A stretch of DNA of 64,000 nucleotides from the human T2T-CHM13v2.0 reference genome, Homo sapiens (GCF_009914755.1 NC_060945.1); one strand, 5' to 3'; positions 1-14,150 are shown, numbered from the stretch's first letter. Notes: generated by a model not told the origin, from the sequence alone. Made by a program: numbers and translations.

Positions 1-529
1 TGACTATGCCCTCCCTTGAAGATGGTGGCTTGCCTCTCTTTCTGTAAGCACATGTCATGTCATAACAATATTAAACAATTGAAAGTAATGTCCCCATCTT
101 CTTCTACACTGCCTTTGAATTATTATTTTAGATCTGCCAAAATAAATTGCAAACTCATTAACAAGAAAGGGGGGGTGCATGCATCCCTGCCTTCCCGAGT
201 AGTCTATTCACCCAAAGACAAAAGGGTGACCAGCCTCCATCTGGGATATTCAAAGACACAGTCACCTTGCCATGCAGCCTGAGGCCAATCCCCTTTTTAA
301 GAAGCTTGTTAGATGAGCTCCTTAAACATACAACCACAAAGGAAAAGCACAGCTGGTGTGAGCGAGGCTGATAAAATGGGCATTTTGTCTGCTTCAAGGT
401 TAGAATGCAACTTGTCTATCAAAATGTGGTTATCTGACCTCCACAATGCTGCAGTCCAGCTAAATCATGCAAATATTCATCCACCATTTACTATGGATAA
501 AACAATAATGTGCTGTGGGGAATCCAATT

Positions 530-575
530 ACACACACACACACAAAAGTGCACACACACATGCATGCACACACAC
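530..575. repeat. Interrupted (CA)n microsatellite
   Basis: cacacacacacacaaaagtgcacacacacatgcatgcacacacac. Confidence 0.9.
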
Positions 576-1367
576 TGCTCCTGCTGTCTCAGAGGTTCCA
601 GGCTGGCAAGGAAGAAGTGCAAACATTAGTAGGTAAGTCCACTAGCAGGAGGAATGTGATAAGTAGATCCAACAGGGTACAACACAGTATGATAGAAGCA
701 AACAAGGTAGAAATGAGTTCTGACTTCCTTTCACTTATGAAACTGATTATGGAATAGTGTATGAAAGGCTTGCCTGAATGAATCTCATATTTTCCAAGTG
801 TTTTCTATCCCAGCGATTGGAACTTTCATTCATTTATACCATTGTCCAAAAGGAAAATACAGGAGATTTTCCTAAGACCATCCTCTGTCTTATCGCTCAT
901 ATCATATCCCCAAACATCACCAAGCCCTGCCCACTTTTACCTACTCAGTTTCTCTCCAGTTGTTCTGTTTTCTCCATATGCACTAGTGGTACCTTGGCTA
1001 CATGAAGACCACCAGCAGCAGCTGGGACAACCAGCACCCTGTGGAACTGCACAGCATGCATAGAATACGTCCTCCCTTCAGTTGGCTTGGGTCAGCTTAG
1101 GTCATGGGCCACTTGGACTGATAGCAGTTTCCACAGAAATGCCTCAAGATGGTAGAATAATCCAGATCTCTTTGCATGGGGCATGGTGTGGCTATCTGAG
1201 AAAATCCTGGCTTTTATAGGAAGGAGAAAGAAGAATGCTTCTTGAGGGGAAGAAACCAACAGGAATGTGCCTCAGGGAAATGTCACCAGAGGAGAGTGAG
1301 CTGTAATAAGTATTTTGGCAGATTGCATGTTTCTTGTGTTCCTTGGCCCTGCACAGAGCTACCGTTT

Positions 1368-1690
1368 ACTCATTTGACAAATATTTGAGTAGTAGACTCC
1401 AGGGTTCAATAGTGAGCAAACATGCACAGAATTTCTTCTCTAGTGGAGCTGAGAGTCTAACAGAAAGAGCTGACATTAGTCACAGAATTATGTAATAAGG
1501 GAAAGTTCAGCAGACCCAGGGGTGCTACAAGAGCCTGGGAAGGCGGACTGACCCCAAGAGGGAGGCAGGAAAGGTTGCCCCCAGGAAGTAGCACTTGAGC
1601 TACAATCAGGGAGAAAACTAGGCAAAGACACAGCATTCAGGAGAAGGTAGAAGCTGGCCCATGAGGATGGTGGTGTGGAGAGGTGAACCA
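1368..1690 (-). mobile_element. L2 LINE 3' fragment
   Basis: actcatttgacaaatatttgag...agtgagcaaa...tagtggagctgagagtctaacag resembles the reverse of the L2 3' end. Confidence 0.55.
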
Positions 1691-1939
1691 ATACCCAGGT
1701 CTTGGATTTATTGTTGAGCTGCTGAATTAACCAGTGCTGGCTCTCTCCCAACCTCTGCACTTCTTTTTTGCAAGGTTATATATTTTTTTATTTAAAAGCT
1801 AGTATGAGTTGGGATCTGTTGCTTTTCTGAGACCCCATCCTGTGAGGTAAACAGGGGGCCTCACTGTACTCTGGGGAAGCTAAAGATGGAGAACAGTTTT
1901 AGAGTGCCTGGAGAAGAGGCCCTTTAATAGATCATTTAA

Positions 1940-2052
1940 GAAGAGGGTGCTACCGCTAGACTGCCCAGATTCACTTTCTGGCTTTGTGACCTTGGGCTCT
2001 CTGTGTCTGTTTTCCAATCTGAAAAATGAAATAATGATAGTATCTGCCTCTG
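1940..2052 (+). mobile_element. MIR fragment
   Basis: ctttgtgaccttgggc...ctgtgtctgttttccaatctgaaaaatgaaataatgatagtatctgcctc, MIR core. Confidence 0.6.
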
Positions 2053-2452
2053 CCTGCAAGACCCTGACCTATCAGACCAACTACCTTTTCACTAGAACTC
2101 TCTTCCTGCACTGTACCCCAACTGGACCCTCATTAACACTTAAAATGGGCATGTTTCCCTTTTCTAGATTTTGCTCAAGACATTTCCCTCATCAGAATTA
2201 ACTTTGGTCCATCTCCCTCTATTGAAATTCAACCCATTCTCCAGAAATCAGTTCAAATTTTATCACCAGAAAGCCTCTCTCAATTATACCAAGCCTCTTT
2301 TATACTTTGTGCCATTTCTGCCATGATTTCTTATGTTTTCCTTTTTCACTACATATTGGTATAGGTACATATGATCTCCACTTCCACTCAAATGTGAGGT
2401 TACTGAGGGCAATCCCTATGGGTATAGTCATATCCCAAGAGTCCTGGGCAGA

Positions 2453-2728
2453 GGGTGTCCCTCTTTCACCCAGGTTGGAGTGCAGTGGTGCGACCAGAGC
2501 TTACTGCAGCCTTGACCTCCTGGGTTCAAATGATCCTCTCACCTTAGCCTTTCCAGTAGCTGGTACTAAAAGGCGGGCACCACCATGCTTGGCTAATTTT
2601 CATATTTTTCATAGAGATGGGGTTCCACCACGTTGCCTTGCTTGGTCTCAAAGTTCTGAGCTCAAGCAATCCACCTGCCTCGGCCTCTCAACATCCTGGA
2701 ATGACAGCATGAGCTACCACACCTGGCC
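2453..2728 (-). mobile_element. Alu (AluJ-like), tail-less
   Basis: cccaggttggagtgcagtggtgcg...cttactgcagccttgacctcctgggttcaaatgatcctc...ccacacctggcc. Confidence 0.9.
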
Positions 2729-3429
2729 AAATGCCGAATACTTTAGTCATATATGCCTGACACTTCCAGGGCATGCAGAACTGCCTCGCTTACTTTTCTT
2801 TTGACACAGTTAATAAATTTTCTTAATTTAAATTTTAATTTCAACATGTATACATCTTTGAAATAAATAAAATAATCTCTTTGAATGTTTGGCATAATGT
2901 AGAAGAAATTGACAAATGGATATCTTTACTTCATTTTCCATCTCAAAATGTGGTAGAAATATGCTCCCCTAAAGTGATCCCAATTATTACATAGCCATCT
3001 TGCTGTGGTTAATGTAGAATCTTTTTGCAATATCACATTCATGACAGGGCACATCCAAGAAACATTTAAGTGAAGATAATACTAGATTCTTGAAAGTATC
3101 TAGACACTTAAGAGCAGGTAGTGATGATGTTAATTAACAGTAACAATGTCGAGGGACTGGCTTTTGCCCTTCCCTAATAAACATAAACAGCATAGAAACT
3201 CAGCAAATTTGCTCTTATTTTCTTCATTATTTGGTTGTTGAATCAGTAAATGCTTTCCACAGGGGTCATCTTGTTAGTCATCTTGTCATTTTGCTGTGTC
3301 CCTTCTTCATCCTTGCACTTTTTCCTTTCTCTCATTTTGGCATGTATTGAGAGGAGTGTTATGTTGATGGAATGCCCTATCCTGACTTGCCATCTGATTA
3401 GAACTTCCCTCAATTTTTAAAATGCTTCT

Positions 3430-3818
3430 TGAAATGGTTTGGATTTGTGCACCCCCCATCCCCAATCTCATGTGGAATTGTAATTGCCAGTGTTGGAGGA
3501 GAGGCTTAGTGGAAGGTGTTTGCATCATGGAGGTGGTTTCTAATGGTTTAGCCTCATCACCCTAGTGCTGTCTGATGATAAAGTTCTCCCAAGATCTGCT
3601 TGTTTAAAAAGTGTGTAGCACCTCCCCTGACTCGTTTCAGCCATGTGAATATGTGCTTGCTTCCTTTTCACCTCTGCCATGATCGTAAGTTTCCTGAGGC
3701 CTCCCTATAAGCATAAGTCTGTACAGCCCACAGAACTGTGAGCCAATTCAATCTCTTTTCTTTTTCAATTACCCATTCTCAGGTATGTCTTTATAGCAGT
3801 GTGAGACAGACTAATACA
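3430..3818 (+). mobile_element. MaLR solo LTR (MSTA-like)
   Basis: Starts tgaaatggtttggatttgtg, ends cagactaataca; flanks cttct/ctcct resemble a 5 bp TSD. Confidence 0.85.
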
Positions 3819-4141
3819 CTCCTCCTCAGAAAGCATTCAATTTAGCTGTGTCTAAAGGTATGCCAGCTGTCCTGGGGCATTATCTTAGCCAATCATTCTT
3901 CCTCTTCAGCAAGATCTATTTGCCTATCACAGCTTGACCTGCAGTTCCTGCCATACTTGTCAGTAACAAGTAGCCTATAATATCTGGAGGGATTTCATTG
4001 AAATCACAGAGGTTCCTTGGCTCTTTACTTTATTAACAGGCATTAGGAAAGCACATCGACTTTCTTATTTAATAAAATGCCTGTTGCTTTGAAAAATTGC
4101 TCAAAAGAAGAAAAGAGAGGGTTACTTAAAGATATCACTAT

Positions 4142-4459
4142 AGGCATGGCATGCTGGTCCACACCTGTAATCCAAGTACTTTGGGAGGCTGAGGAGAGAG
4201 GATCACTTGAGTCCAGAAGTTCAATACCAGCCTAGGTGACATGGCAAAACCCCATCTTTACAAAACAAAACAAAATAGAAAAAATATTCAGGCACAGTGG
4301 CATGTGCTTGTATTCCCAGTTACTCAGGAGACTGAAGTGGGAGAATCACTGAGCCCAGGGAGGTTGAGGCTGCAGTGAGCCATGATCGTGCTGCCCCTCT
4401 CCAATCTGGGTGACAGAGCAAGACCCTGTCTCAAAAAAAAAAAAAAAAAAAAAAAAAAA
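4142..4459 (+). mobile_element. Alu (AluJ-like), full length
   Basis: Both arms, long A tail, TSD aaagatatcacta / aaggctatcacta. Confidence 0.95.
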
Positions 4460-5215
4460 GGCTATCACTATACTATCTATAACTATTCTTAATTAGGATA
4501 ACTAGGTATTTTCCAACAGTGGAAACTCCAAACAGACTAAATTGTTGTACATCAAGGTGAATTGTCATAGTTAATTCCTTTGCTTGCAACTGTCCAATAA
4601 ATGGATGAGGACTCACTTCACCAATAAATAAGAAATGTGAACAGCACATGGGGCCTGTAGATGCCTTTTGCAGGGCCCTCTTTTTCTCTTCCTAAAGTTG
4701 CAATTTGCGTGTTTCTGTAGATGGGCACATCATAGAAACTGTCATCCTAGATCAGAGCCTGGAGAGAGAGATACAAGTGTCATGCTTACATATGCAGAGT
4801 GGGAACAAGCCCAGAGAAATCAAGATGATTAAGCAGAAAGTTTCCATACTGGAGATAAACCAGCTGTGTAAAAAATCATGCTTATTGAACAAAAAAGCAT
4901 TGCACAGCTGAAATAACTGCTTTAACTAAGAAGTGAAGAACTGACACCTGAACAGAGCACAGATAGCCACACAGACAGGAGCTGCATTTCAAACAAGGTC
5001 ATTGCTGTTGTCCCCACTCCAAATTAAGTGTCTCTGCTTCACCCTTCCTTACCAAAGTTCTGCTTGATCATCCTTTTGTTTTGTTTTGTTTTGTTTTTTG
5101 TACTTCACTTCTTTGAGAAAATATAAACCAAAATTTTACATGAAACAGGAATTCGGCTTTTGACAATGTTAGCCATTGAAACAACAACAAAAAAAGTTTC
5201 TATTATTTCTCATCT

Positions 5216-5410
5216 CTGTGCTATCCAGTGCAGTAGCCAATAGCCACAGGTGACTATTAAAATTAAAATTAATTCAAATAAAACAAAATTTAACATTAGC
5301 TGGTCAGTTGTACTAGCCACATCTCAATTACTCAATAGCCACATGTGGCTAGTGGCTACTGAACTAGGCAGCATGAATGTAGAACATTTTCATCATCATA
5401 GCTTTCTAGG
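5216..5410 (+). mobile_element. MER3 hAT-Charlie DNA transposon
   Basis: ctgtgctatccagtgcagtagccaatagccac...ctcaatagccacatgtggctagtggctact...tagaacattttcatcatc; palindromic MER3 pattern. Confidence 0.8.
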
Positions 5411-6299
5411 TCATGGAAAAATTGCAGAACTCAATTTCCAGTGTGCACATTTATTTGCATGCCTAGGAGCTTTCTGACCCTGTGTTGAGCTGCCTAACCA
5501 GCTTCCTGATTGACCTCCTGATATTTCTGCAAATGTGGACTAAGAGGCCAGGAGTCCTCAGGGCCCAGGTGACTCAGGTTATTCAGTAATTATGTTTGGA
5601 CTAGCAGGCCTCTACTTAATTTGGGATGCAAAAGGGGACTTCTCTTCCTAATTGCTAAAATAGCTTTTCAAGGTTCACCTCTCATCGTGGTAAGAGTCTC
5701 ATTTCCTGAGACTCTTATTTCTTTCCATGACTTATGTTATATTCTGGAGAGAGTGGATTCACATGGAAAAGCTGGCTCTGTGCTGGTTTTCCAGGGGTCA
5801 GCCCTCTTGTGAGTGACAAGTCTGCCTATTTACATGATGTACATTGTGTCCCACTACTGGTAATAGAAGCTCAGCAGCTGATTGACTGTTAGGTTATTTT
5901 CAAAGCTCAATATTCACAATAATCTAACAGACACCCACACAACCACAAAGACAGACAAGGCTCTCATAACCTGCAAAAGACAAGGTGCACATTTCTTCTT
6001 TCCATCCCAGCAACAAATTGCCAACCCAGCCAGCACTTAAGTTGGGGTAAAAATTAATTAAAAGAAGAATCTACCAATGTAGATAAAAGAACAAAAAAGC
6101 TATTGCAGCTGTCTTCTCCATAACAGAGGCCTGTGATTTGAATTTTAATGTTTCAATCTACTTTCTGCTCTTGTGTTTATTTTATTATTTATTTTTTGTC
6201 ACTATCTCTTATTTGTAGATACAAATTTTTCACATTTAAAAGCTATTTTAAATATAATCTTTAAAAGGAGAAACATTATTTTTTTTAATTGCACAAAAT

Positions 6300-6960
<661 letters not shown>

Positions 6961-7177
6961 CTGTGTTACATGTCTGAAGTACAATATAATGCTGTATATA
7001 AAATGTGACCTCAACTCAGGCCCCAGTCTTTTCATCTGGAAAATTCTATTAATTATACTGCCCTTCCCCTTTTTAGATTTTCTGTAGGAGTTAAATACAA
7101 TACACTTTGTCAATTGCTTAACACCATGCTCAACACTGGTCAGAGAGATATAAATGTCAGCTATTGTACTATGTGCC

Positions 7178-7236
7178 AAAAAAAAAAAAAAAAACCACAC
7201 AGACAGACACACACACACACACACAAAGACACACAT
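7178..7236. repeat. A-run followed by (CA)n
   Basis: Direct reading. Confidence 0.85.
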
Positions 7237-7435
7237 GGAGGGAGAGGAAGTAAAGATTAGAAAGCAGCACATAATGTTATGGTAGGCAATGGGACCACTA
7301 ATGATTTTCATATTCTTTTTTATTTTCTTCTTTATACTGCTTACATTTTTCAGTGTATACAATGAGCATGTATTACTTCTGTAACCAGAAGAATGTGGTA
7401 TAAACCTCACCTTAATATAATAAAACAAAATTACT

Positions 7436-7775
<340 letters not shown>

Positions 7776-7811
7776 TTATTACTTAGATCCCACATGCTGT
7801 CTTGGAGCCAT

Positions 7812-8425
7812 TGTAGCATTGCAGGATTCAAGAGACTGGAGAGACCAATGGATGAGACAGGAGGATTTTATTAAAGTGGCCACTGGCCTAGTGGATTCGC
7901 ATCCAAAAGGCTGAGCTCCGAACAAAGATGGGGCCTGGTTTTTAAGCATGCAGCTGCGTGAAACTCACAGGGCGGGATGGCAAGCTTATAGAAGCAGAAC
8001 AAAGGCAGTTAATCAAACAGTGACAGGTGTATGACTCAAACATGCCTGGTGACCTCTGCTGGGCTGCCCAGCAGGCTCTCAGTGGATGGTCACTATTTTA
8101 GGCTTGCTCAGGCATGTCTTGTGACCTTCTCAGTGTTGCACAGATGGAAAACAGGAACTTACAAAATCCTTACAAACTTACAGAAATAGTTACAAAAATA
8201 ATTATGAGAGCAGAGCAAAGACATACTGGCCTAGGAAAGAATCTCAAAGGGGGAAGCTGATAAGAAGAACTTATTTTTCTCATCCCCGTTCCTGGAGTCC
8301 GTTCCTTCTGTGCTCTGCTTGACCTTGTACATAAAGTTAGCTTAGTCTTAGCAGGGCCTTGGAGTGAGTCAGCCTGGTACAGGCAGGAATTTAGGTTTTT
8401 CTCCTTTTAATTTCTGCTTTTGTAA
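7812..8425 (-). mobile_element. ERV solo LTR (LTR18-like)
   Basis: ggattcaagagactggagagacc...acaggaggattttatt...catccaaaaggctgagctccgaacaaaga; reverse-strand AATAAA and TATA-like layout; family from recall. Confidence 0.55.
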
Positions 8426-9429
8426 GCCAGGGTTCTGATTGTCACTGCTGAGAAAGTAAAGTGTGTTCAGGCTGTCCATGGTTCTGGGCTCCCTTGGGTC
8501 TCTGAGGAGGATTGTCCCCTCCATCACAGAGAATATCAGGACACTAGCCTGTTCCTAGTTATACTTACACACTCTTCTCATGTTGTCTATGGAGTGGAGG
8601 CTGCAGGGAGGGTGACATCCTAGTTAGTCCCAAGTGCCAGACTGCCTGAAGCTCACTGTTAACAAGTCCTGCCTTGGAGAAGAAGGAAGGGTGTCTTTGT
8701 GAACCTCCCACCTGGGCCAAAGGGAGGCCACTCTCTCCTCTGCTTCTCCCCAACCTTGGTCTTCTGCACTCCTAGTGAACCTCTCACCCCCTGCCTACAG
8801 GCCTGGAATCTCAAGACCATGATGGCCTCTCATCACCCCTGAATCCAGAGCTTTCCCTTTACAAAGGGGAAACTGAGACCTGGAGCAGGGCTGATGTTCA
8901 GCCAGTGCACAAGGGAATAGATGAATTGGTGGTGAAATACTGAAATAGTTCCAGGGTGGATGGAAAGGGGCCGCTGCCCTGAACATCTCTACCCCCCACC
9001 TCAGCCCGTCCTCCAGGACCCTGGGTCAGCACCAGGAGCATCAAAGTGGCCAGGATTGGCTGAAGCCCATGCTAATGGCTCTGCCAGCTCTTCTCCCCAC
9101 TAGAGAGGGCAGGGGAATTCAGGCCATCTGGAGGTAGCGCTGTGACCGTGTATGCAGTAGTCAAACCTTGTGTGCCACCATCCCTGACTTTGTTGATAAG
9201 GGCATCAGGCTACATCCCTCGGGTACTCAGTGGTAAGCATCTAAAATCTTAAAGAAAAAATTTAAAAAGCTTTCAAAATATAGGACTTAACATATAAGCC
9301 TGCATAAACATCTCTTTAGCAGTTGTCCAACTGGTGCTTCTGGTTCTGCCTCCCCAGAGAGTGGATGACCTGGGCCACCCTCCACCACTGCCCCGTAAGG
9401 CCACTGGACACGCAGCCCATCAGTTCTCT

Positions 9430-9590
9430 TCACGTGGTCATCCCCCTTTAGATGGGAGAAAATACACCTGCCTCATTTTTGTACCTTCTGTGTGGACATT
9501 CCATGACAGAGCTTCACTAAATGTATGATGAAGAACTGAATGAATGAATGAATGAATGAATGAATGAATATGAGAGCAAATGAATGAATG
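9430..9590 (+). mobile_element. L2 3' end with (TGAA)n tail
   Basis: cactaaatgtatgatgaagaactgaatgaatgaatg... Confidence 0.6.
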
Positions 9591-9684
9591 GCTCAGATCC
9601 TGGGCTGGAAGGCTGTGTATGAGGATGGTGGGTAGAGGAGGGTCTGTTTTTCTTGCCTTTAAGTCATTACTTGTCATTTTGGGG

Positions 9685-9895
9685 CAGGAGCACAGGCTTT
9701 GAATGCCGACTGACTGGACTTTAATCCTGGCTTTACTAGCTGTGATTGTGTGACCTCGTACATGTTACTTAAACCCTCTGTGCCTGTTTCTTTATCTGTA
9801 AAATGGAGACAATAAGATGACAAAGGACTGTGGTAAGAATTAAATGCTTTAAAAAAATCGCAGTTTGTATTAAGTCCTCAATAGATTGGGTTTAG
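9685..9895 (+). mobile_element. MIR
   Basis: ggagcacaggctttg...aatcctggctttactagctgtg...gtttctttatctgtaaaatggagacaataa. Confidence 0.8.
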
Positions 9896-10357
9896 CATCA
9901 TGAGTGCATGTGTTTCTGCAGCAATGCTCATCTTGGGCTGGATGGTACCTACACAGAGAAAGACTCTGGCCTCTTCTCACCCACATGTATCTGTCTTATG
10001 CCTGGTTCCCATTCCCAGATCCTTGGAAGATCCATATTGCTGAAATGGTGAAGGGTGATGGGCACCTCAGGACAACTAAGCGGCTCCCCAAACATCTTCC
10101 CCCTCCCAAACTCTCCTGTGGTCTTTAGCATTTAACAGGAATCTCTCGACACTCTCAAGGGGTGATCTTCTCATGGAAGACCAGTGGGGAGGAGGCTGCA
10201 GGAAAGGTCAGGCACTGTGCACTTACTTCCCTGACAGCTGCAAGTGGTTCTGTTTCCAAGCCCATGGGTCACTATGAATAAGGCAAGTTATATGACATAA
10301 TAATGTGATTCTTTGGTGCCTCAGTCCACACTGGCACTTTAATACTCCTAGAGTGGA

Positions 10358-10524
10358 TTGCATGGTGGTCTATCAAAAGATATGTCTACCTGGAACTTGT
10401 GAATGTGCCTTTATTTGGAAAACAATCTGCAGATGTAATTAAATCCAGCACCTTGAGATGAGGGCATCTCATCTTGGATTAGGATGGGCCCTAAATCCAA
10501 TGACAAGTATCCTTATAAGAAAAG
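10358..10524 (+). mobile_element. MLT1 (MaLR) LTR, 5' part only
   Basis: aaaagatatgtctacctggaacttgtgaatgtgcctttatttggaaa...gggccctaaatccaatgacaagtatccttataaga; the 3' part does not resume after the Alu. Confidence 0.75.
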
Positions 10525-10527
10525 CGG

Positions 10528-10803
10528 CAGGTAGGGCAGAGTGGCTCAAACATATAATCCCACCACTGAGGAAGGTCAAGTTGGGAGGATCGCTTGAACT
10601 CCAGGCGTTCAAGACCTGCCTGGGCAACATGGTAAGACCCTGTCTCTCCAAAATATATATAAAATATAACAGCCAGGCATGATGGCACCTGCCTGTAGTC
10701 CCAGCTACCAGCTAATCAGGAGGCTGAGGTGACAGCATACCTTGAATCTGGGAGATTGAGGCTTCAGTGAGCTGTGATCATGACACTGCCCTCCAGCCTG
10801 GGT
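10528..10803 (+). mobile_element. Alu (AluJ-like), 3'-truncated
   Basis: Both arms up to ...ctccagcctgggt, then no 'gacagagcgagac' end, no A tail, no TSD. Confidence 0.9.
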
Positions 10804-13800
10804 GGCCCCTGGCCCCTCCACAACCTGCGCTAGAAGAGCTGGGCCCTGGCTCTGGGCACCATGCAGCCTCTAAGGTGGGGCTGAGCGCCAGTTCCTGCCC
10901 TCCTGCAGCTGGGGACCAATACCCTGACTTAGGCGCTGTGGAGGCTTCTGGCCCAAGGGTCCGCACTGCTGGTGGCACTGGCAGGGTCAGAGTTTGCCAC
11001 AGCTGCTGCTGCGCGCCTTGTGCAGGTTACCACTGCAGCTGAACCTACAGCAGAAGCAGGCAGGGCTGGTCCCAGACAGCCTGGGGGTCTCTAAGTGCAG
11101 GGCCCTTTCACCCTAGAGTCAGCTCTTTCTTGCCGGCACCCATAGCGGGGTGTGCAGGCGCTGGGTACAGGGCAGCAGCCAGGAAATGGCTGAGCGGCCT
11201 GTTCCCGCCCTCCTGCAGCTGGGGCCTGACCACCTGAATTAGCCGCTGGGCGAGGTCTGGCCCTGGGATCCGCCTGGCTGGTGTAGGAGCACGGTCTGGG
11301 GTTGCCTCCAAGGCTGCTGCGCGCGCCATGTGCAGGCAAGGGTTTCCCAGACAGCCTCAGGGTCATGGAGTGGACCACTGTCCCAGCCTGGAGTCCGCTC
11401 TTCCTTTGCCTGCTCCCAGAGTTCCGGGTCGCGGGCACTGGGAACTGTGCCGCCAAGGGGACTGGGCCGAGGGCAAAGGTTTCTGCCCTGCTGCAGCTGC
11501 GGGGCTGACTGCCTGAATTAGGCGCTGAGGCGGCGTTGTCCCTGGTGTCCTGGCTCTTGGTGGTGCAGGCAAAGTGCCCGGTTGCTCTGCTGCTGCGGCG
11601 CCGTTGTACAGGTGGCAGCTGTAGCTGAGTTCTCAGTAGGGGCCGGCAGGGTTGGTCCTAGAAAGCGTGAGGATCGCCGAGTGCACTGCCCTCCCAGCCT
11701 AGGGTCCACTCTTCCTTGGCCCGAGCCCAGAGCTCGGGGTTTCAGGCGCTGGGCCCTGTGCAGCTGCCCAGAATAGGCTGAGCGGCAGGTTCCCGCCCTG
11801 GCAAGGGATCCAGCAGTGGAATCCTCACTGCTGTTGGCTGCGGGCAAGGTCAGCGGGGTTTCCATCGCTGCTGGTGGGAGCCACCTGGCGGTGGTAGCTG
11901 CAAGTGAGCGCGTGGCAGAGACTGGCAGGGCTGGTCCCAGACACCCTGAGGGTCTCTGGGTGCATCGCCCTACCACCCTAGGGTCTGCTCTTCCTTAGCC
12001 TGCTCCCAGGACGCGGTGTACGAGGGCTAGACTCTGAGCAGCCTCCAGGATGGGGCTGAGCAGCGGATTCCTGCCCTGCTGCAGCTACAGTCTGAATTAG
12101 GCGCCACCGCAGTATCTGGCCCTGGGGTACGTGCTACTGGGTGGCATGGACAGAGATGGGGGCTGCCACAGCTGCTATGGGGCTGAGCAGCCGATTCTCG
12201 CCCTGCTGCAGCGGGCGACCGCTGCAATCCCCAGCGCTATGGGACCGACCACCTGACTTAGATGCCTTGGAGGCATCCGGTCCTGGGGTCTTGCTGCTGG
12301 TGTCTGCGGGCAGGGTCACGGCTGCCACTACTACTGCTGTGCGCCATGGGCAGGTGCCAGCTGCAGCTGAGTCCGAGGCAGATGCTGTCAGGGCTGGTCT
12401 GAGGTTGCCTAAGGGTGGCTGAGTGCACCACGCTTCCACCCCAGGGTCCGTTATTCCTAGGCCGGCTCCCAGATTGCAGGGTTGTGGGCGTTGGACACTG
12501 TGCAGCCATGAGGATCTGGTTGGGTGCAGATTCCCGCCCTCCTGCAGCTGAGAAGCCAATCTCATAACAGGCGCTGCAGTGACCTCTGGCTCTGCGGTCC
12601 GCGCTGCTGCTGGAGCTGGCAGAGAACAGAGCTGCCACCGCTGCTGCTTCCAGGAGTGTGCAGCTGGCAGCTGCAGCTGAGCCCGTGGCGGAGGCTGGAA
12701 GGCCTTATTCCAGAAGCCTTGAGGGTCCCCGAATGCACCGCCCTCCCACCCTAAGGTCCAGTCTTCCTTGCCCGCGCCCAGAGAGTTGGATTGCAGGCGC
12801 TGAGCACAGTGCAGGTGCTGGGATGGGGCTAAGCTGAAAGTTTCCGCCCTCTGGCTGCTGCGGGGCCGACAGCCTGAGTTATGCGCCGCGGCGGCTTTTG
12901 GTCATGGGATCCGCACTGCCGGTGGCTTGCACAGGGTCGGGGGCTGCCACAGCTGCTATAGTTCACCGTGTGCACGTGGCAGCCGCCCCTGAGCCCACCG
13001 CTGAGGCTGCAGGGCTGGTCCGGTCCCAGACGGCCTGAGGGCCATTTGCCCGCGCCCAGATCCGGGTGGCTGCGCTGGGCACTGTGCAGCCTCCCGGAAT
13101 CCGCTGAAGGGCACGTTCCCGCTCTCCTACAGCTGTGGGCCGACTGCCTGATTTTGGCCACTAGGTGGAGTCTGGCTCTAGGGTTTCGAGGCCGCTGGTG
13201 TTGGTGGGCGGAGTCCGGGTTTGCCACCGCTGCGCTCCATGAGCAGGTAGCAGCTGCAGCGGAGCTTTAGACCGAGGCTGGCAGGGCTGGCCCCAGACGG
13301 CCTGAGGGTCAGGGAGTGCAGGGTCCTCCCACCCTAGGTCCGCTCTTCCTTTGCCCTTACCCAGAGCGGGTTGTGCGGGCTCTGGGCTCTGTGCCGGCGC
13401 TGGGCTCTGTGCAGCCGCCGAGATGGGGCTGAGCAGCGGATTTCCTCCCTGCTGCAGCTGGAGGACGATTACCTGCACTAGCCGCTGAGGCGGCATCTGG
13501 CCCTGGGTTACTGCAGCTGGTGACGCGGGCAGGGTCAGGGTTGGTTGCAGGTGGCAGCTGCTGCTAAACCCATTGCGAGCCTCAGGGTCACCAAGTTCAC
13601 CGTCCTTTCATCATAGTATCTGATCTTTGGCCCGCGCCCAGAGTGCGGACTGGCCTGCGCTGGGGACTGCATAGCTTCTGGGGGCCGGTCAGCGCCAGTT
13701 TCACGTCCTCCTGCAGCTGCGTGGCCTAAGGTCTTAGGCGCCGCGGCGCTATCTGGCCCTGCTGTCGACGCTGCTGGTGGTGGGGACAGGGTCAAGGGTT

Positions 13801-14150
13801 GCCACTGCTGCTCCCGTGCGCCATCGGCAGGTGGCAGTTGCAGATGAGCCCACAATTGAGGCTGTTGGGGCTGCTCCCAGGTTGTTAGAGGGTCGCCGAG
13901 TTCACCGACATGCCACCCTAGGTTACGCTCTTGGCCCGCACCCAGAGCGCCGGGTTACGGGTCCTGGGCCCTGTGCAGCCACGGGGATGGTGCTGAGTGC
14001 AGGTTCCCGTCTTCCTGAGATGCGGGGCGACCACTGGAATTAGCCTCTGTGGTGGTATCTGACCCTAGGGTCCGAGCTGCTGGTGGCGTGGGCGGGGTCG
14101 AAGTCGCCTCTGTTGCTGCGGCGTGCCATTTGCACCGTCCTCTGGTACAG
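10804..14150. repeat. Diverged GC-rich tandem array, ~260-335 bp unit, about 11 copies
   Basis: Anchor motif (g/a)ttcccgccctcctgcagctg recurs near 10891, 11201, 11480, 11790, 12068, 12195 (partial), 12530, 12841, 13115, 13440, 13698, 14003; shared motifs ggcagggctggtcccagac and accctagggtccgctcttcctt. Confidence 0.9.

Noticed and set aside
10804-14150. CRISPR-like array
   Set aside because: Whole units are homologous, there are no unique spacers or short identical repeats, and the context is mammalian.
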